A stretch of DNA of 64,000 nt, from the IMG/VR virus record IMGVR_UViG_3300005670_000019; one strand, given 5' to 3'. Below the pieces are notes generated by a model. That model had not been told where the DNA came from and did no database searches. It saw only the letters and a program-made list of their open reading frames with translations. The DNA is from a virus (Duplodnaviria > Caudoviricetes). Of the stretch, positions 18,274 through 28,745 are shown piece after piece; within the stretch, counting starts at the first letter, position 1, and each line of letters begins with the position of its first letter. A program made the position numbers and the translations under genes.

Positions 18274-19073
18274 AAAGTCCACTTCGCTATCCTGGCGGAA
18301 AGTCAAGACTGATAAAAGAAATCCTCAAGTTCAAACCAAAAGATATCACAGAATACAGAGAACCTTTTCTTGGAGGAGGTTCTCTTTTCTTTCATTTACT
18401 TGATGACAAAGAGATTGAAATCTTCAAGGCAAGCGATACCTTTCCGGAGTTGATCAACTTCTATCAGACAATGCTTCAAAGCCCGCAGGAGCTCGTGCAG
18501 GTCATTGAAAAAATGAAGATGACCAACGAGCCATCCAAACTCTTTTCATTTTCCAAAAGCCTCCTAACGAACAAGAACTCTCATTCAAACATTGAGCAAG
18601 CTGCCGCTTTCTTCATTTTGAACAGAACATCATTTTCCGGTTTGACAATGTCTGGAGGTTTTTCAAAAGCCTCTTATGATGGACGCTTCAAGAAGCCTCA
18701 CATAGAAAAATGTGGAAGTCTAAAAAATGTGAAGAAACAAATCCAAATTAAAGAAGCTTCTTATGAAGAACTTCTATTTCAACCGACAGAGAACAAAACA
18801 TGGATCTTTCTTGATCCTCCATATGATATCAAATCATCCAATCTGTATGGGAAGAATGGTGATGGGCACAAAGGATTTGATCACGAAAAATTAGCCATTG
18901 ACTGCAAGAATAGTCAACACCAATGGTTAATTACATACAACAACAATGAACACATCAGAAACCTTTATGAGGGTTGGGCATTCATTCAAGAAGTTGATGT
19001 TGTTTACAATATGAACAGTTCAGGTAAAAAACGAAAAGAATTGTTCATCACAAACTACAAGGTTGATCAATGA
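18270..19073 (+). CDS. N6-adenine DNA methyltransferase, D12/Dam class
   Basis: LRYPGGKS, EPFLGGGS, FLDPPY. Confidence 0.93.
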   Translation: MKSPLRYPGGKSRLIKEILKFKPKDITEYREPFLGGGSLFFHLLDDKEIEIFKASDTFPELINFYQTMLQSPQELVQVIEKMKMTNEPSKLFSFSKSLLTNKNSHSNIEQAAAFFILNRTSFSGLTMSGGFSKASYDGRFKKPHIEKCGSLKNVKKQIQIKEASYEELLFQPTENKTWIFLDPPYDIKSSNLYGKNGDGHKGFDHEKLAIDCKNSQHQWLITYNNNEHIRNLYEGWAFIQEVDVVYNMNSSGKKRKELFITNYKVDQ

Positions 19074-20203
19074 AAATAAAAAAACTACTTTTTGAAACTG
19101 CAACAAAAGCAAACGCCGGTGATGTTAGTGAAGGTATTCTTGGTGCTGCTTGTACGGCTAGATTTCTTTATGGTTCTGAGAAACCAATAACACAAAAAGA
19201 AATCTGGACAGTCATTGAACAGTTGAACAAAACAACAAACAAATCTACTGGATCAACCGTTTTGAAATCAAAAACCTTTTCAAAACCACCATCAGTGAAG
19301 CCAGGTCAACCAAACTCCATTACACTCACTGTAGGACTATCCGAAAACAATTATGCAGGTTTCATTGACCCCATTTTCTTTCAAAGCATTGATGGAATTG
19401 TGAGAGCGGCGGCAGCATTTGCTTCTTCACCTTCCTTCATCCGTCTTGTAAAGAATGTTGAAATGAGTGCAAAGGCAAACAAAATTGAGATTTCCTCAGT
19501 TGGACTAGAAGACCAAAAGGGAACAAAGGTTGACCTCAAAATTGCTATTGATGGAAAGGTCGTTCCTCTTGGTGCTCTTTCTCTAAAAGCTGGAGGAACA
19601 AAACAAGTTGGACAGATTGGAAAAGGTTGGGCAGCTTCAAAACCTGGCGCCTCGCGTGGTATTGTTGACCTTTTTCGTGCTCTCTTTGGAGTAGAAATCA
19701 ACAAGAACCTTCAAAAGCAATATGAACAGGCTCTAAGCTCTGCAAACTATGTTGCAATCAGTCAAGCAATTGATGAAGTTTACTACGACTGCTTCAAACA
19801 AGTAAGCAAAAAGTTTGATAGTGGAGTAAACGAAATTTCGGATTTCATCATTGGTCTTGCAAAAGCAATCAAATACGAAGCCATGCTTGAAGAAGAAGGA
19901 GTTATTCTTGTTCATCTTGATGCAGGTAATTTCAAGGCACTTGACTTTGGAAAATTTGTTTCATTGGCAAATGATGAACAAGTTGAAATGGATGTTGAAA
20001 TCCAATATCAACCACCTGCATCCTATGAAAACTCTGTTCCTTATCTTTTCGTCAATTTGAAAGTAGATGGACAAGACTTTGGAAAGTTGATTTCAATTCG
20101 TCCAAAGATTAGAGTCGAAGAAGGTGTGAAAGTGAAAGAGTTTAGACACTATGTTCAAAAGGAAAGTGGTCTTGCCAAACTTCTTTCTATTGATCTTGAC
20201 TGA
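19070..20203 (+). CDS. putative PD-(D/E)xK restriction-like endonuclease with K..L.E leader
   Basis: GDVSEG, KGTKVDL...LSLKAG; translationally coupled (ATGA) to the methylase; starts MKIKKLLFE. Confidence 0.55.
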   Translation: MKIKKLLFETATKANAGDVSEGILGAACTARFLYGSEKPITQKEIWTVIEQLNKTTNKSTGSTVLKSKTFSKPPSVKPGQPNSITLTVGLSENNYAGFIDPIFFQSIDGIVRAAAAFASSPSFIRLVKNVEMSAKANKIEISSVGLEDQKGTKVDLKIAIDGKVVPLGALSLKAGGTKQVGQIGKGWAASKPGASRGIVDLFRALFGVEINKNLQKQYEQALSSANYVAISQAIDEVYYDCFKQVSKKFDSGVNEISDFIIGLAKAIKYEAMLEEEGVILVHLDAGNFKALDFGKFVSLANDEQVEMDVEIQYQPPASYENSVPYLFVNLKVDGQDFGKLISIRPKIRVEEGVKVKEFRHYVQKESGLAKLLSIDLD

Positions 20204-20501
20204 AAAACTCATCTTCCATTGGTTTAGGATTGAGGAGCTTCGTAAGCTCCTCTTTTGTTTTTTTGGCTCCATTACCTAGTTGGATTTGTCCTGAAGCATC
20301 TGTTGCCCAAAACACAATCTTTTCTTTTCTTTTTGGAGAGGTAAGAAAGAAGATGCAACTCTTTCCATGTTGAACACCACGAAAAACAACGTCATTTTTC
20401 CATTTATCAACAATGTACTTTAGAGTTTCAAACTCTTCTGGATATTTCTGTTTGAAATCTTTTATCAAGACCACGAGTTTTTCTTTTGAAATATTGAGCA
20501 T
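20187..20501 (-). CDS. hypothetical protein
   Basis: 104-aa ORF with TACTTA 5 nt before the ATG. Confidence 0.6.
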   Translation of the reverse strand: MLNISKEKLVVLIKDFKQKYPEEFETLKYIVDKWKNDVVFRGVQHGKSCIFFLTSPKRKEKIVFWATDASGQIQLGNGAKKTKEELTKLLNPKPMEDEFFSQDQ

Positions 20502-20537
20502 GACTTTAAGTATATTCAGAATGTGCTATGATGAGAC

Positions 20538-20867
20538 ATGAGCGAAAACAGATTTGATTATCAGGCACTTGCAAATGAAATTGGGGCTCTTGTAAATGAA
20601 AAAAACAAGGCTTATGGAAACTCTTTTGAGCAAGCAGAAGAGTTTCTAAAACTTCTATTTCCAAATGGAATACCAATAGAAAGTTATTCTGACATGCTTT
20701 GCATTGTCAGAATATTTGACAAACTCAAAAGGATTGCGACAAAGAAGGATGCCTTTGGAGAAAGTCCTTATCGAGATTTGGTTGGTTATGGACTTTTGGG
20801 AGCTGCTAAAGACATGAAGAAAAAAGAATCAGACGAAATCGACTACGATAACGAACCATTCAAATGA
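20538..20867 (+). CDS. nucleotide-modification-associated (DUF1599/Nmad1-like) helical protein
   Basis: KNKAYGNSF...RIFDKLKRI...RDLVGY pattern. Confidence 0.6.
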   Translation: MSENRFDYQALANEIGALVNEKNKAYGNSFEQAEEFLKLLFPNGIPIESYSDMLCIVRIFDKLKRIATKKDAFGESPYRDLVGYGLLGAAKDMKKKESDEIDYDNEPFK

Positions 20868-20891
20868 AAAAAGCCCCGAAAGGGGCTTTTT
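20867..20891. terminator. bidirectional terminator
   Basis: AAAAAAGCCCC-GAAA-GGGGCTTTTT between convergent genes. Confidence 0.9.
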
Positions 20892-21163
20892 CAATTCACT
20901 TCGCCTTGTTCGGCTGTTGAAGCGAGTTCTGCTTCTTGGGCAGCGGCAAGAGCCTTCTCAGCCTCAGCGTTCAATCTTTCGACCATCTCGTTCCATTGAG
21001 ATACGTATTCTGCGGAAATGGTAAGATTTCCATTTTCCGTCTCTTCAAAAGCCATTCCTCGAACAATATCAACAAAGTTTGTTCCTGTAAGAAGACACAG
21101 TTGAAGACCTTCTCTAATCATAAAGATTGCGTCATCCGTTAGTTTGTATAGTTTTTTACTCAT
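20891..21163 (-). CDS. hypothetical protein
   Basis: 90-aa ORF, SD GGAG. Confidence 0.65.
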   Translation of the reverse strand: MSKKLYKLTDDAIFMIREGLQLCLLTGTNFVDIVRGMAFEETENGNLTISAEYVSQWNEMVERLNAEAEKALAAAQEAELASTAEQGEVN

Positions 21164-21185
21164 TCATTCTCCATTTGACTTTAGA

Positions 21186-21584
21186 TTAGTGTAGTGTGGT
21201 TTCTGTGTATGGAAATTGTTTTGGAAAGAAGGTGGCTGCAAACAAAGAAGGTCCGAGAAGTTTTTCAAGAGTTACTTTTTGAAATCTTAGCTCTGTATGG
21301 TCTTTCGAAAATAAATGACAGGCTTCTGGAGCGCATGTTTGAAATGAGTTATCGTATGTTATTGCATCTAATTTTGAGGCTGCGATCTCCAACAGAATAA
21401 TTGAAATAATGTGGTCACGTGTTGGTTTTTCAATCTTAATTGGTAAAGAAACTTCGGTCTGATAACTCAAGTTATCTTTTTGAAATGTTACGAGCCAGTG
21501 AAAAAATAAGTTTGGAGGAAGTTCAACTCCAGTTCTATTTTCGATTTGACGCCAAGATAACTCAAAACCAAAATGATTTTCCAT
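21186..21584 (-). CDS. hypothetical protein
   Basis: 132-aa ORF, TAGACT 6 nt before the ATG. Confidence 0.55.
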   Translation of the reverse strand: MENHFGFELSWRQIENRTGVELPPNLFFHWLVTFQKDNLSYQTEVSLPIKIEKPTRDHIISIILLEIAASKLDAITYDNSFQTCAPEACHLFSKDHTELRFQKVTLEKLLGPSLFAATFFPKQFPYTETTLH

Positions 21585-21617
21585 GAGAACAGTCTATGTT
21601 GAATAAACGGCTTGTGT

Positions 21618-22262
21618 TCAGTCTGTTTCTTCAATAAACATTTTCTTTATACGTTCTTTGAGCTTATCTTCTGGAGATTTTTGAGCTTGTTGAATTTGTT
21701 TCTTCAAAGAGGCAATTCGTTTCTTCTCTTGGAGGAGTTTTGTAAGACGTTCTTCTTCGGCAAGAAGTTCTGTTAACTCTTCGAGAACATCCACTTTCTT
21801 TTCAACAATTGGTTTAGGTTGCGGCTTTGAAACTTGAGGCTTTGGAGAAGGTTTTGTAACAGGTTTAGTTGGGGTTCTCTTTACCACTATCTCTGTTGGT
21901 GAAACACTCTTTACTTCAGCAGCTTCATTTACCAAGTTTGCTTTTACATCAAGTGGTTTATGAAACTCAATTTCGATTTCTGCTGGTTTGAAGTATCTGT
22001 TTCCAAGAAGAACTTCAAGAGTGCCTGAGTATCTCTTTCCCTCTTTATACATGTTTGACGAAGGAATTTTAATTGAGACTTGACCTTGTTCATACTTTGC
22101 TGGAAGTAAGAAGCCAAGCTTCTCATCACCTTCCAGAAGAGAGAAACGAACTTTTGGACTTGAAGCGAGAGATGGATCAGTTGAATAGCCTTCAATAGAC
22201 AAACCGAAACTAATCTCGTTGTCTTCGCTCATGTTTAGAACAATTTTCTTTTCGTCGCTCAT
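21618..22262 (-). CDS. hypothetical protein with Pro/Lys-rich linker and coiled coil
   Basis: 214-aa ORF at the end of the structural operon. Confidence 0.65.
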   Translation of the reverse strand: MSDEKKIVLNMSEDNEISFGLSIEGYSTDPSLASSPKVRFSLLEGDEKLGFLLPAKYEQGQVSIKIPSSNMYKEGKRYSGTLEVLLGNRYFKPAEIEIEFHKPLDVKANLVNEAAEVKSVSPTEIVVKRTPTKPVTKPSPKPQVSKPQPKPIVEKKVDVLEELTELLAEEERLTKLLQEKKRIASLKKQIQQAQKSPEDKLKERIKKMFIEETD

Positions 22263-22843
22263 TCAAAGCTCCCAGTGGTTTCTCTTTTAATTAGAGCAGC
22301 TTTCACAGAAAATGTACTCTCATTCAATTTCTCAAACGTCATACTTTGCGAAAGAAATTGAGCTTCCTCTACCGTGGATTGCTTTGGTTGACTTTTGATA
22401 AACATCTGAGAACCAATCACAACATTTGGAATCGTTTCATTTTGCTCTGGAACTGAACCCATTGTGATTGGTGTTGCCTTTACAACAATCATCTCTTCTT
22501 TTCTAGGTTCTTTGGTTTCAGTCTTTATAGAGAAGATTTGAATTCTTGGATCCTTATCCAAAACATCTTTGTATCGAAGATATTTTTCTCTTCCATCAAC
22601 TGTGAGTTGATTCACTCCAGAAAGATGTGTTTTGAAAAGCACATCGAGTTCATCATATCGTGATGGATAAGTATATCTCTTGGCATATGCGGTACTCTTT
22701 CCTCCACGTCTTACAACAGATTGTGTTGGAGGATTTAGACAAAGTTCACTGTATCCTGTGTCATCTCCATCATACAAAAAACAATGCTCGTCATAGATCA
22801 AACGAGGATCATCGTAAATGAATGGTGGTGTTGGTAAAGGCAT
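22259..22843 (-). CDS. hypothetical protein
   Basis: 194-aa ORF coupled to the next gene. Confidence 0.6.
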   Translation of the reverse strand: MPLPTPPFIYDDPRLIYDEHCFLYDGDDTGYSELCLNPPTQSVVRRGGKSTAYAKRYTYPSRYDELDVLFKTHLSGVNQLTVDGREKYLRYKDVLDKDPRIQIFSIKTETKEPRKEEMIVVKATPITMGSVPEQNETIPNVVIGSQMFIKSQPKQSTVEEAQFLSQSMTFEKLNESTFSVKAALIKRETTGSFE

Positions 22844-22849
22844 TCATGA

Positions 22850-24730
22850 TCACCATTTTAGCGGCAAGGATTGTGTTGCGTGAGCCTTACTTCCAGTTTT
22901 TACAAGATTGTCTACTCCAATGAAAGGTATCCATGTCGAAGTCGATGGGTTGATACCAGTTGTAACTCTCCATGCTCCGTTTAGTCCATTCCCTGGGGCA
23001 TTTGGAACATCAACGAGTGTTCCACTGACATAAACATGCCTCCACCAATGCATTATTTCTTCTTGTGACACGGAACGCGTCACATATCCGACAGCATGGA
23101 CTCCCCAATCTTCAGCACCAGTAGTGTTTGTAGGTTGACCCGATCCTCCAACTGTAAATGGAAATCCAGATTCCGTATAAGGTATTCCAGTATCGTTGCC
23201 AGCCACACCATTTGCAAAGAAACCGTTTTGATAAACGGATACAGATCCGCCATCATAAGTTGTCACAATAAATATACAATATGAGCGATTAGAATTGGAG
23301 CCTGCCGCATTGGCAGAGAAAATTGTTGATGATGTCACAACAGTAACAACTGGCAGTGTATCCTGCATTGCAAATGTTGCTCCGCCACCTGCAAGAAATT
23401 GGTTTGACGTACTCCAAATTCTTTGCGTGTCTTCTCCATTATTCCAAGATGTTCTACAGTAAATTATTCCAACCGCCCAATTCGCAGAACCAGACAGTGG
23501 ATCATAAGACATTTGCCAAACATTTATATCCGCGTCGGAGGCTCCTTCGCCAAAACCAGTCAAAAAGTCTGCATAAGGTGTATGATTAACATTTACAGTA
23601 GTGCCGGATCCACTTATTGAAACTGACGATATAGCTGACCCATCAAAATTAATAAAATAAGCAGAAGAAGTTACTTGTGTGCCAGTTGAGCCAGAAAGAA
23701 TTTCAAGAGGTCCGGAAGAATATCTGATTTCTTCTAAAGCGGATTGGACGTTAGTGCTTGAAACATCACCAAAAGCCGTTGAAGCAAGCTCAGAAGCAAC
23801 AGTTGGCCAACCAACAAAAGAAGGAACAGTAAAATGTCCATCACGAACAACTTCAATCGTTCCTGACAAAGTCAAGTTATTGGAACCAATTTTATCTGGC
23901 AGGACTGATGGAGCACTTCCAGTTGGAAGGTCTGATGCCGACCATCTTGAAGTGAAAGAAGAATTTGGTAAATCTCCTGTTTCGGCAAAAGCACGAAGAA
24001 TTTCGTTCCATTCCGCATCTTGCAAAATTCCATTTGCTTTGAAAGCAACAGAAACAATTGTGCAATCAGTAGCTCCCCTGTCCGCACTTTGAGCATTTTT
24101 ACCAATGACAAATGGAAGAACTGTATTGAAGCCAAAAGTGGCTTGAGCTGCTGATTGAATAGTCCTGCCACCAATTTTCAAATATCTAGTAGAGCCATCC
24201 CACGCAAAAGAAAGAAGAAGTAAGGGTTTGGCAATTGGGTTTGAAAAATGCCAGCTTGGTGTAAAATTTTGTCCTCTGGTTAAACTAGCGTCGTTTGAAA
24301 TATAATTTGGTCGAGTATCAGTAAAGCCAAGCTCATAACCTTCACCAAAATTCAAATACGTATTTGAAACTAAGGCTCTTGCAAATGTTGTTTCACCCAA
24401 AATGCGATTTGGAATTGCGGCAACAACAACCTCAAACCCAGCATTTGAACCGCTAAGATTTGTTCCGGCAATAGGAATTGACCAATATGAAGAAGTTGAA
24501 AATCCTCTAAAGCCCTTCACCGGGTTTTTTGAAAGAGTGAGCGATACTCCTGATCCAGAAACCTCAACCAGTTCCGTCGCCGTTCCTTCAAAATTGATAA
24601 ATGTAGCATCTGTATCAATCAAAACGCCATTTGAACCGGAAGCAATTGCAATTGCACCACCTCCACTTCCTGTTGAAGTGGAATTTGCATTTACAATCTT
24701 CAATCTTCCTTGTGAATCGTATGAAGGCAT
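22850..24730 (-). CDS. virion fibre/adhesin with two LamG/concanavalin-like domains
   Basis: two copies of the SGS...FINF.G...SGSG module, each followed by a beta-rich domain (FAWDGS...PFVIG; TTYDGG...PFTVG). Confidence 0.65.
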   Translation of the reverse strand: MPSYDSQGRLKIVNANSTSTGSGGGAIAIASGSNGVLIDTDATFINFEGTATELVEVSGSGVSLTLSKNPVKGFRGFSTSSYWSIPIAGTNLSGSNAGFEVVVAAIPNRILGETTFARALVSNTYLNFGEGYELGFTDTRPNYISNDASLTRGQNFTPSWHFSNPIAKPLLLLSFAWDGSTRYLKIGGRTIQSAAQATFGFNTVLPFVIGKNAQSADRGATDCTIVSVAFKANGILQDAEWNEILRAFAETGDLPNSSFTSRWSASDLPTGSAPSVLPDKIGSNNLTLSGTIEVVRDGHFTVPSFVGWPTVASELASTAFGDVSSTNVQSALEEIRYSSGPLEILSGSTGTQVTSSAYFINFDGSAISSVSISGSGTTVNVNHTPYADFLTGFGEGASDADINVWQMSYDPLSGSANWAVGIIYCRTSWNNGEDTQRIWSTSNQFLAGGGATFAMQDTLPVVTVVTSSTIFSANAAGSNSNRSYCIFIVTTYDGGSVSVYQNGFFANGVAGNDTGIPYTESGFPFTVGGSGQPTNTTGAEDWGVHAVGYVTRSVSQEEIMHWWRHVYVSGTLVDVPNAPGNGLNGAWRVTTGINPSTSTWIPFIGVDNLVKTGSKAHATQSLPLKW

Positions 24731-24834
24731 CTAAAATCACCCAATGATCATGATTATCGGTCTAACCAAAACAATATCAGCCGAATTTATTCCATTTGAA
24801 ATTGTTGGATTGTATAAATAGATATCTGCTGTGT

Positions 24835-27480
24835 TCATGGCACGGTCACCCCATATTCAGCGTTTAAGTATGCGTAAAAATCAGTCACATCTTGAGATGA
24901 AAGGTTTCCATCAAAAACCCAAATATGACAAGCTCCGTTGATATAGTTAATGCCATCAAAATTTGTTCCTGTTCTAAATTCAGCGGTTGTAAAGGTTCTA
25001 AATCCTACAAACGTTGAACCTGCGTCAACAATGGCTCTATCATCAACTCTCAAATTAACTAGATTTGAACCATCAATCCAAGCTCTTACAACGTGAGGTC
25101 CGGTTCCAAGTGTTGAAACTGTATCTGTTGCAACATAATCTATAGCGCCGTTATTGTACCCAAACTGCACAGCTGTTGAGCTCAACCCCAATGCTACCCA
25201 ACCATCAGCACCATCAGTTACAAGAGCTGCTTTTTCATAATATACAGGTGCGTCTGACGTTACGCTATCAACATTGTAGACTGCCCAAATTTCAAATTGA
25301 GTTGTTCCAACAACGTCCCCGAAGCTCGCCGTGTCTGTTTCAAGATAATCGGTTGTTCCATTGAAATCTGGTGCAGTTTTACCTGCCAAAGTTCCAACAT
25401 CTGGAACTTGTGCGCCAACTGATTGTGTCAAATTATAGCTGTTTGAAGTATCATCAGTCCAAAGAGAAGATACGTAGTTGTCCGTAAGAGATAGACTAAT
25501 CTGCGGTATTGAGAGAGGATCAAAAGGTGAAGGTTGGAATGAGCTGCTCACTCTAAACAAACCTGATCTTCCCATTTGTGTATCAGAAACCTTTACTTCA
25601 GAATAAAGATCGACGAAATCCATTGGGTATTGAACTACATATTGCCCATTTGCATTTGTTGATGCGGTTGTTACAAGTTCACCAGTATCGTTTCTAAAAA
25701 CTCTAACTGTTTGCCCTGAACCTGGATTTGGATAAATGCTTCCTGTTTTTTCAAACATGCGTGAATGATATGTAATAGCCGAATAAAGTTGTGGACGCAT
25801 AGCAGTTTGAGGAGCAAACGAAAGTCTCCAGTTTCGGTCTTCTTTCAAATTAAGAAGTTTTTGTGTCGGGTCGTTTGGATATTTTTTCCAAACAGCCAAA
25901 CCATTTCCAAATCCAACCAAATCTCCAGCTTCATTGTCAGTAATAAATGGATTGATATAAACAGGTTGCCAACCAGAAGAATAAAAATCATTATTATTTA
26001 ATTGAGCATCCAAAACTAACCAGGCATAACCCGTTGCTGAATAGAACCCCACGTTGTGCTTGAAGCCCGCGCCAATCAAATGATAATAATCTTCTGGAAT
26101 ATATGGTGTTGATGGATATGATGAAGTATAAAGATTTAGAACGCCGACAGTATCACTTGAAAATCCTTTCAACCTTGAAATTATCGTTTTGGTGTTGCTT
26201 CCTTCTCCTTCAGGATTTATGGAAGAGGTGTAGTTCAAATAAAGGAGTCCTGTTGTTCCCCCGCCAACTGTTCCAATTGTTGTTCCGGTTCTAAACAAAT
26301 CAAATGTTATTTCATTTAGACCTCGACTAAATGAACCAGAAAATTGTTGATCTATAGTTCTTTGGAATACGACAGGACCACCACGAAGAGTGGCAGCCCA
26401 ATCATATGTTACATTTGATTGACTATTGAAAGCAAAATTGATGGACAAGGCATTCGCATCATATGTCCAAACCTTTACGCCAGATTTCCTTAATTGGACT
26501 GGACCTTCGTCAACAATAGGAATAAATTTTCTGTCACGTGATCTGAGAAATGCATTTTCACCACCAAGAGCACCCGGCTCATTCAAAACAGGTAACATTA
26601 AAGAATTAAAAATACTTGTTGTTGCTTCTCTATCATATTCATATGTTGCATACAAAACAGCCGTCAAACACGGAAACGGTGTACCGACATTAGTAGTTGA
26701 AGCGGAAAGGGTAATTGAAGAAGATACGTTTATGTCTGGACGTTTCAACAACCTGTAATAATAGTTTGCGGAGACAAGTGTGTCGTCCGGGGCACCATCA
26801 CCCCAAGCAGCTTCAGCATTTATACTAAGATTTAATTGAGGGTTCGGAGCTGCCGCGGCAGTTGTGTTTCCCTGTACTTCGATTTCAAAGAAAATATCTC
26901 TAAAAGTTTTGTTGGCTTCTGGCAAATATGTTGCTAAAGCAGGAATGGTATCAATGGCAGTAAGGGTCGTTGTAAGGTTGCCCGTTCTGCCTTCAAGTGG
27001 AATTCTAACCGTTTTCAAAACTTGAGACGAGCTAAGTTCTTCATAAGAATATGTGATCATAATCTTTGAAGCAATGTTCGTATATGGCTGGACAGACTGT
27101 GAGAGTAAAGAAGTCAAAGAACATGTTACGTGATTATATGAAGAAGACATATAGGCTTGAAAAAAACCTGTTACATCTCTTAGGCACATAACTGTCATTG
27201 CTTCACCTGTGTTTGTTAAGGTTGAAGCTGTTACTTGAGTGGCAATTGGACTCGTCGTCGGTCCAGTAAATTGAATTGTGCCGCCCAAATGTGTTGGTGT
27301 GACCGCGGCTGCGGGTGATTGTTGAAAAAAGGTTTGAACAATTGCGCTTTGAATTGTTCTGTGAGGTCCAGTTTCCGGAAGATGAATAACTAACGGCTCA
27401 TGGGAAGCGGATGCAAATGCGGTAATTGAGGCAGTTACAAAATTAAAGGAATATTCAACAGTTTTATTTCTAATTGGCAT
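24835..27480 (-). CDS. large virion fibre/receptor-binding protein with C-terminal LamG-like domain
   Basis: 881 aa, S/T-rich; TASTNANGQY Ig-like segment; C-terminal WTDD...FNGTTDYL...YLNAEYG. Confidence 0.65.
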   Translation of the reverse strand: MPIRNKTVEYSFNFVTASITAFASASHEPLVIHLPETGPHRTIQSAIVQTFFQQSPAAAVTPTHLGGTIQFTGPTTSPIATQVTASTLTNTGEAMTVMCLRDVTGFFQAYMSSSYNHVTCSLTSLLSQSVQPYTNIASKIMITYSYEELSSSQVLKTVRIPLEGRTGNLTTTLTAIDTIPALATYLPEANKTFRDIFFEIEVQGNTTAAAAPNPQLNLSINAEAAWGDGAPDDTLVSANYYYRLLKRPDINVSSSITLSASTTNVGTPFPCLTAVLYATYEYDREATTSIFNSLMLPVLNEPGALGGENAFLRSRDRKFIPIVDEGPVQLRKSGVKVWTYDANALSINFAFNSQSNVTYDWAATLRGGPVVFQRTIDQQFSGSFSRGLNEITFDLFRTGTTIGTVGGGTTGLLYLNYTSSINPEGEGSNTKTIISRLKGFSSDTVGVLNLYTSSYPSTPYIPEDYYHLIGAGFKHNVGFYSATGYAWLVLDAQLNNNDFYSSGWQPVYINPFITDNEAGDLVGFGNGLAVWKKYPNDPTQKLLNLKEDRNWRLSFAPQTAMRPQLYSAITYHSRMFEKTGSIYPNPGSGQTVRVFRNDTGELVTTASTNANGQYVVQYPMDFVDLYSEVKVSDTQMGRSGLFRVSSSFQPSPFDPLSIPQISLSLTDNYVSSLWTDDTSNSYNLTQSVGAQVPDVGTLAGKTAPDFNGTTDYLETDTASFGDVVGTTQFEIWAVYNVDSVTSDAPVYYEKAALVTDGADGWVALGLSSTAVQFGYNNGAIDYVATDTVSTLGTGPHVVRAWIDGSNLVNLRVDDRAIVDAGSTFVGFRTFTTAEFRTGTNFDGINYINGACHIWVFDGNLSSQDVTDFYAYLNAEYGVTVP

Positions 27481-27486
27481 AAGTTA

Positions 27487-28326
27487 TCAACTTGAAGATA
27501 AGTCTACTTGAATGTTTACATATTTGACAGAGCCAGAAAGACTCAAAAGTCTAATTTCTAAACTATCTCCTGCTACAACTGATGTGTTTATTGGTGTGTC
27601 CCCCACCCACCAGTTTCCAGATGTTGTAATAAACAAGTTTGATGAAAGATTGGCAGAAGAGTTTACTCTGGTGTTAATTGAAGCAGAACAAGGTGTAGCG
27701 CCACTGAGATATCCTCTGACATTTGTCAAAGTGTAGGAACCATCCGATCTCCAAATAACTGTGTCTGTTGGGAAGATTGGATCAAGGAAAACGCCACCTT
27801 TTGAAAAAGTTGATGAACCTCCGGGTCCTCCAGAACCAGACGTTATTGTGATTGAAACGCCAGAGCCAGAAACTACAGCACTTTGAATTGCTGAGCCCTG
27901 AAAATTGATGTAATTAACGGATGCGGTGACAATTGCACCAGCAGAACCAGAAGAAATTACAAGATTGAAAGGTGATCCGCCAGACCCGGTCGTAGTTGTA
28001 ACCGTGACGCCAGAACCGGAAATATTTACACTTTCAATTCCTGGACCAGTAAAGTTGATAAAGTTAGCAGATGAGGTTACGATTTGCCCACTACTTCCAG
28101 AAGCTACGACAAGATTGTAACTTGAACCTTGAGCCGACAATGAACTAGAAACAGTAACCGTGACTCCACTTCCCGATGTTACAACAGAAACATCAGTTCC
28201 ACCTTCACCAACAAAATTGACAAAAGTAGCATTGGGAGAAACAATGCTTCCACTTTCTCGAACATCTATGTTAGAAGCAAGGTCGCCAACAACTTTCAAA
28301 TTACCATTCGCATCATAAACTGGCAT
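27487..28326 (-). CDS. fibre protein with three SGS/INF repeat modules
   Basis: three tandem ~45-aa repeats; N-terminus MPVYDANGNLKVV resembles MPSYDSQGRLKIV of 22850..24730. Confidence 0.65.
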   Translation of the reverse strand: MPVYDANGNLKVVGDLASNIDVRESGSIVSPNATFVNFVGEGGTDVSVVTSGSGVTVTVSSSLSAQGSSYNLVVASGSSGQIVTSSANFINFTGPGIESVNISGSGVTVTTTTGSGGSPFNLVISSGSAGAIVTASVNYINFQGSAIQSAVVSGSGVSITITSGSGGPGGSSTFSKGGVFLDPIFPTDTVIWRSDGSYTLTNVRGYLSGATPCSASINTRVNSSANLSSNLFITTSGNWWVGDTPINTSVVAGDSLEIRLLSLSGSVKYVNIQVDLSSS

Positions 28327-28679
28327 TAGTCAACAATCCTGTAGTGAGATACGACCCATGATGGTTCTGTTGTTGTAACTGCACCAGCCAAAACAATTGT
28401 AAGAGTTTGTCCATTTCCAACAACTATTTTTGAAGGATTTGTGTATCTGTCCCCGGAAGAAAGAGTAACAGTATCGTAAACTGCGGTTGGAGATCCAGCA
28501 ACAGTTATCGTAATTGTAACAGAAGCAGTATCTCTGTTCAAAACTGATAAGTTTTCTTTGTCAATGACAAAACTTGGATCTGTTCCGGGATCTGAAATCA
28601 TTGTGACAGGTGACGTACCAGTTGTAACTCCTACGCTTCCAGAAACAGCAACCATTGAATATGTGTCAGTAAGAGACAT
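28326..28679 (-). CDS. small beta-rich structural protein
   Basis: 117-aa S/T/V-rich ORF in the late cluster. Confidence 0.55.
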   Translation of the reverse strand: MSLTDTYSMVAVSGSVGVTTGTSPVTMISDPGTDPSFVIDKENLSVLNRDTASVTITITVAGSPTAVYDTVTLSSGDRYTNPSKIVVGNGQTLTIVLAGAVTTTEPSWVVSHYRIVD

Positions 28680-28745
28680 TGAACCTCATGAATTAAATAT
28701 GGGGGCAAACAGCCCCCCATTGTAAATATCAATCTAACTCAAATA

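Noticed and set aside
24813-24820. exact T4 late promoter TATAAATA on the + strand
   Set aside because: It points against the local genes; better explained as the reverse complement of the TATTTA motif.
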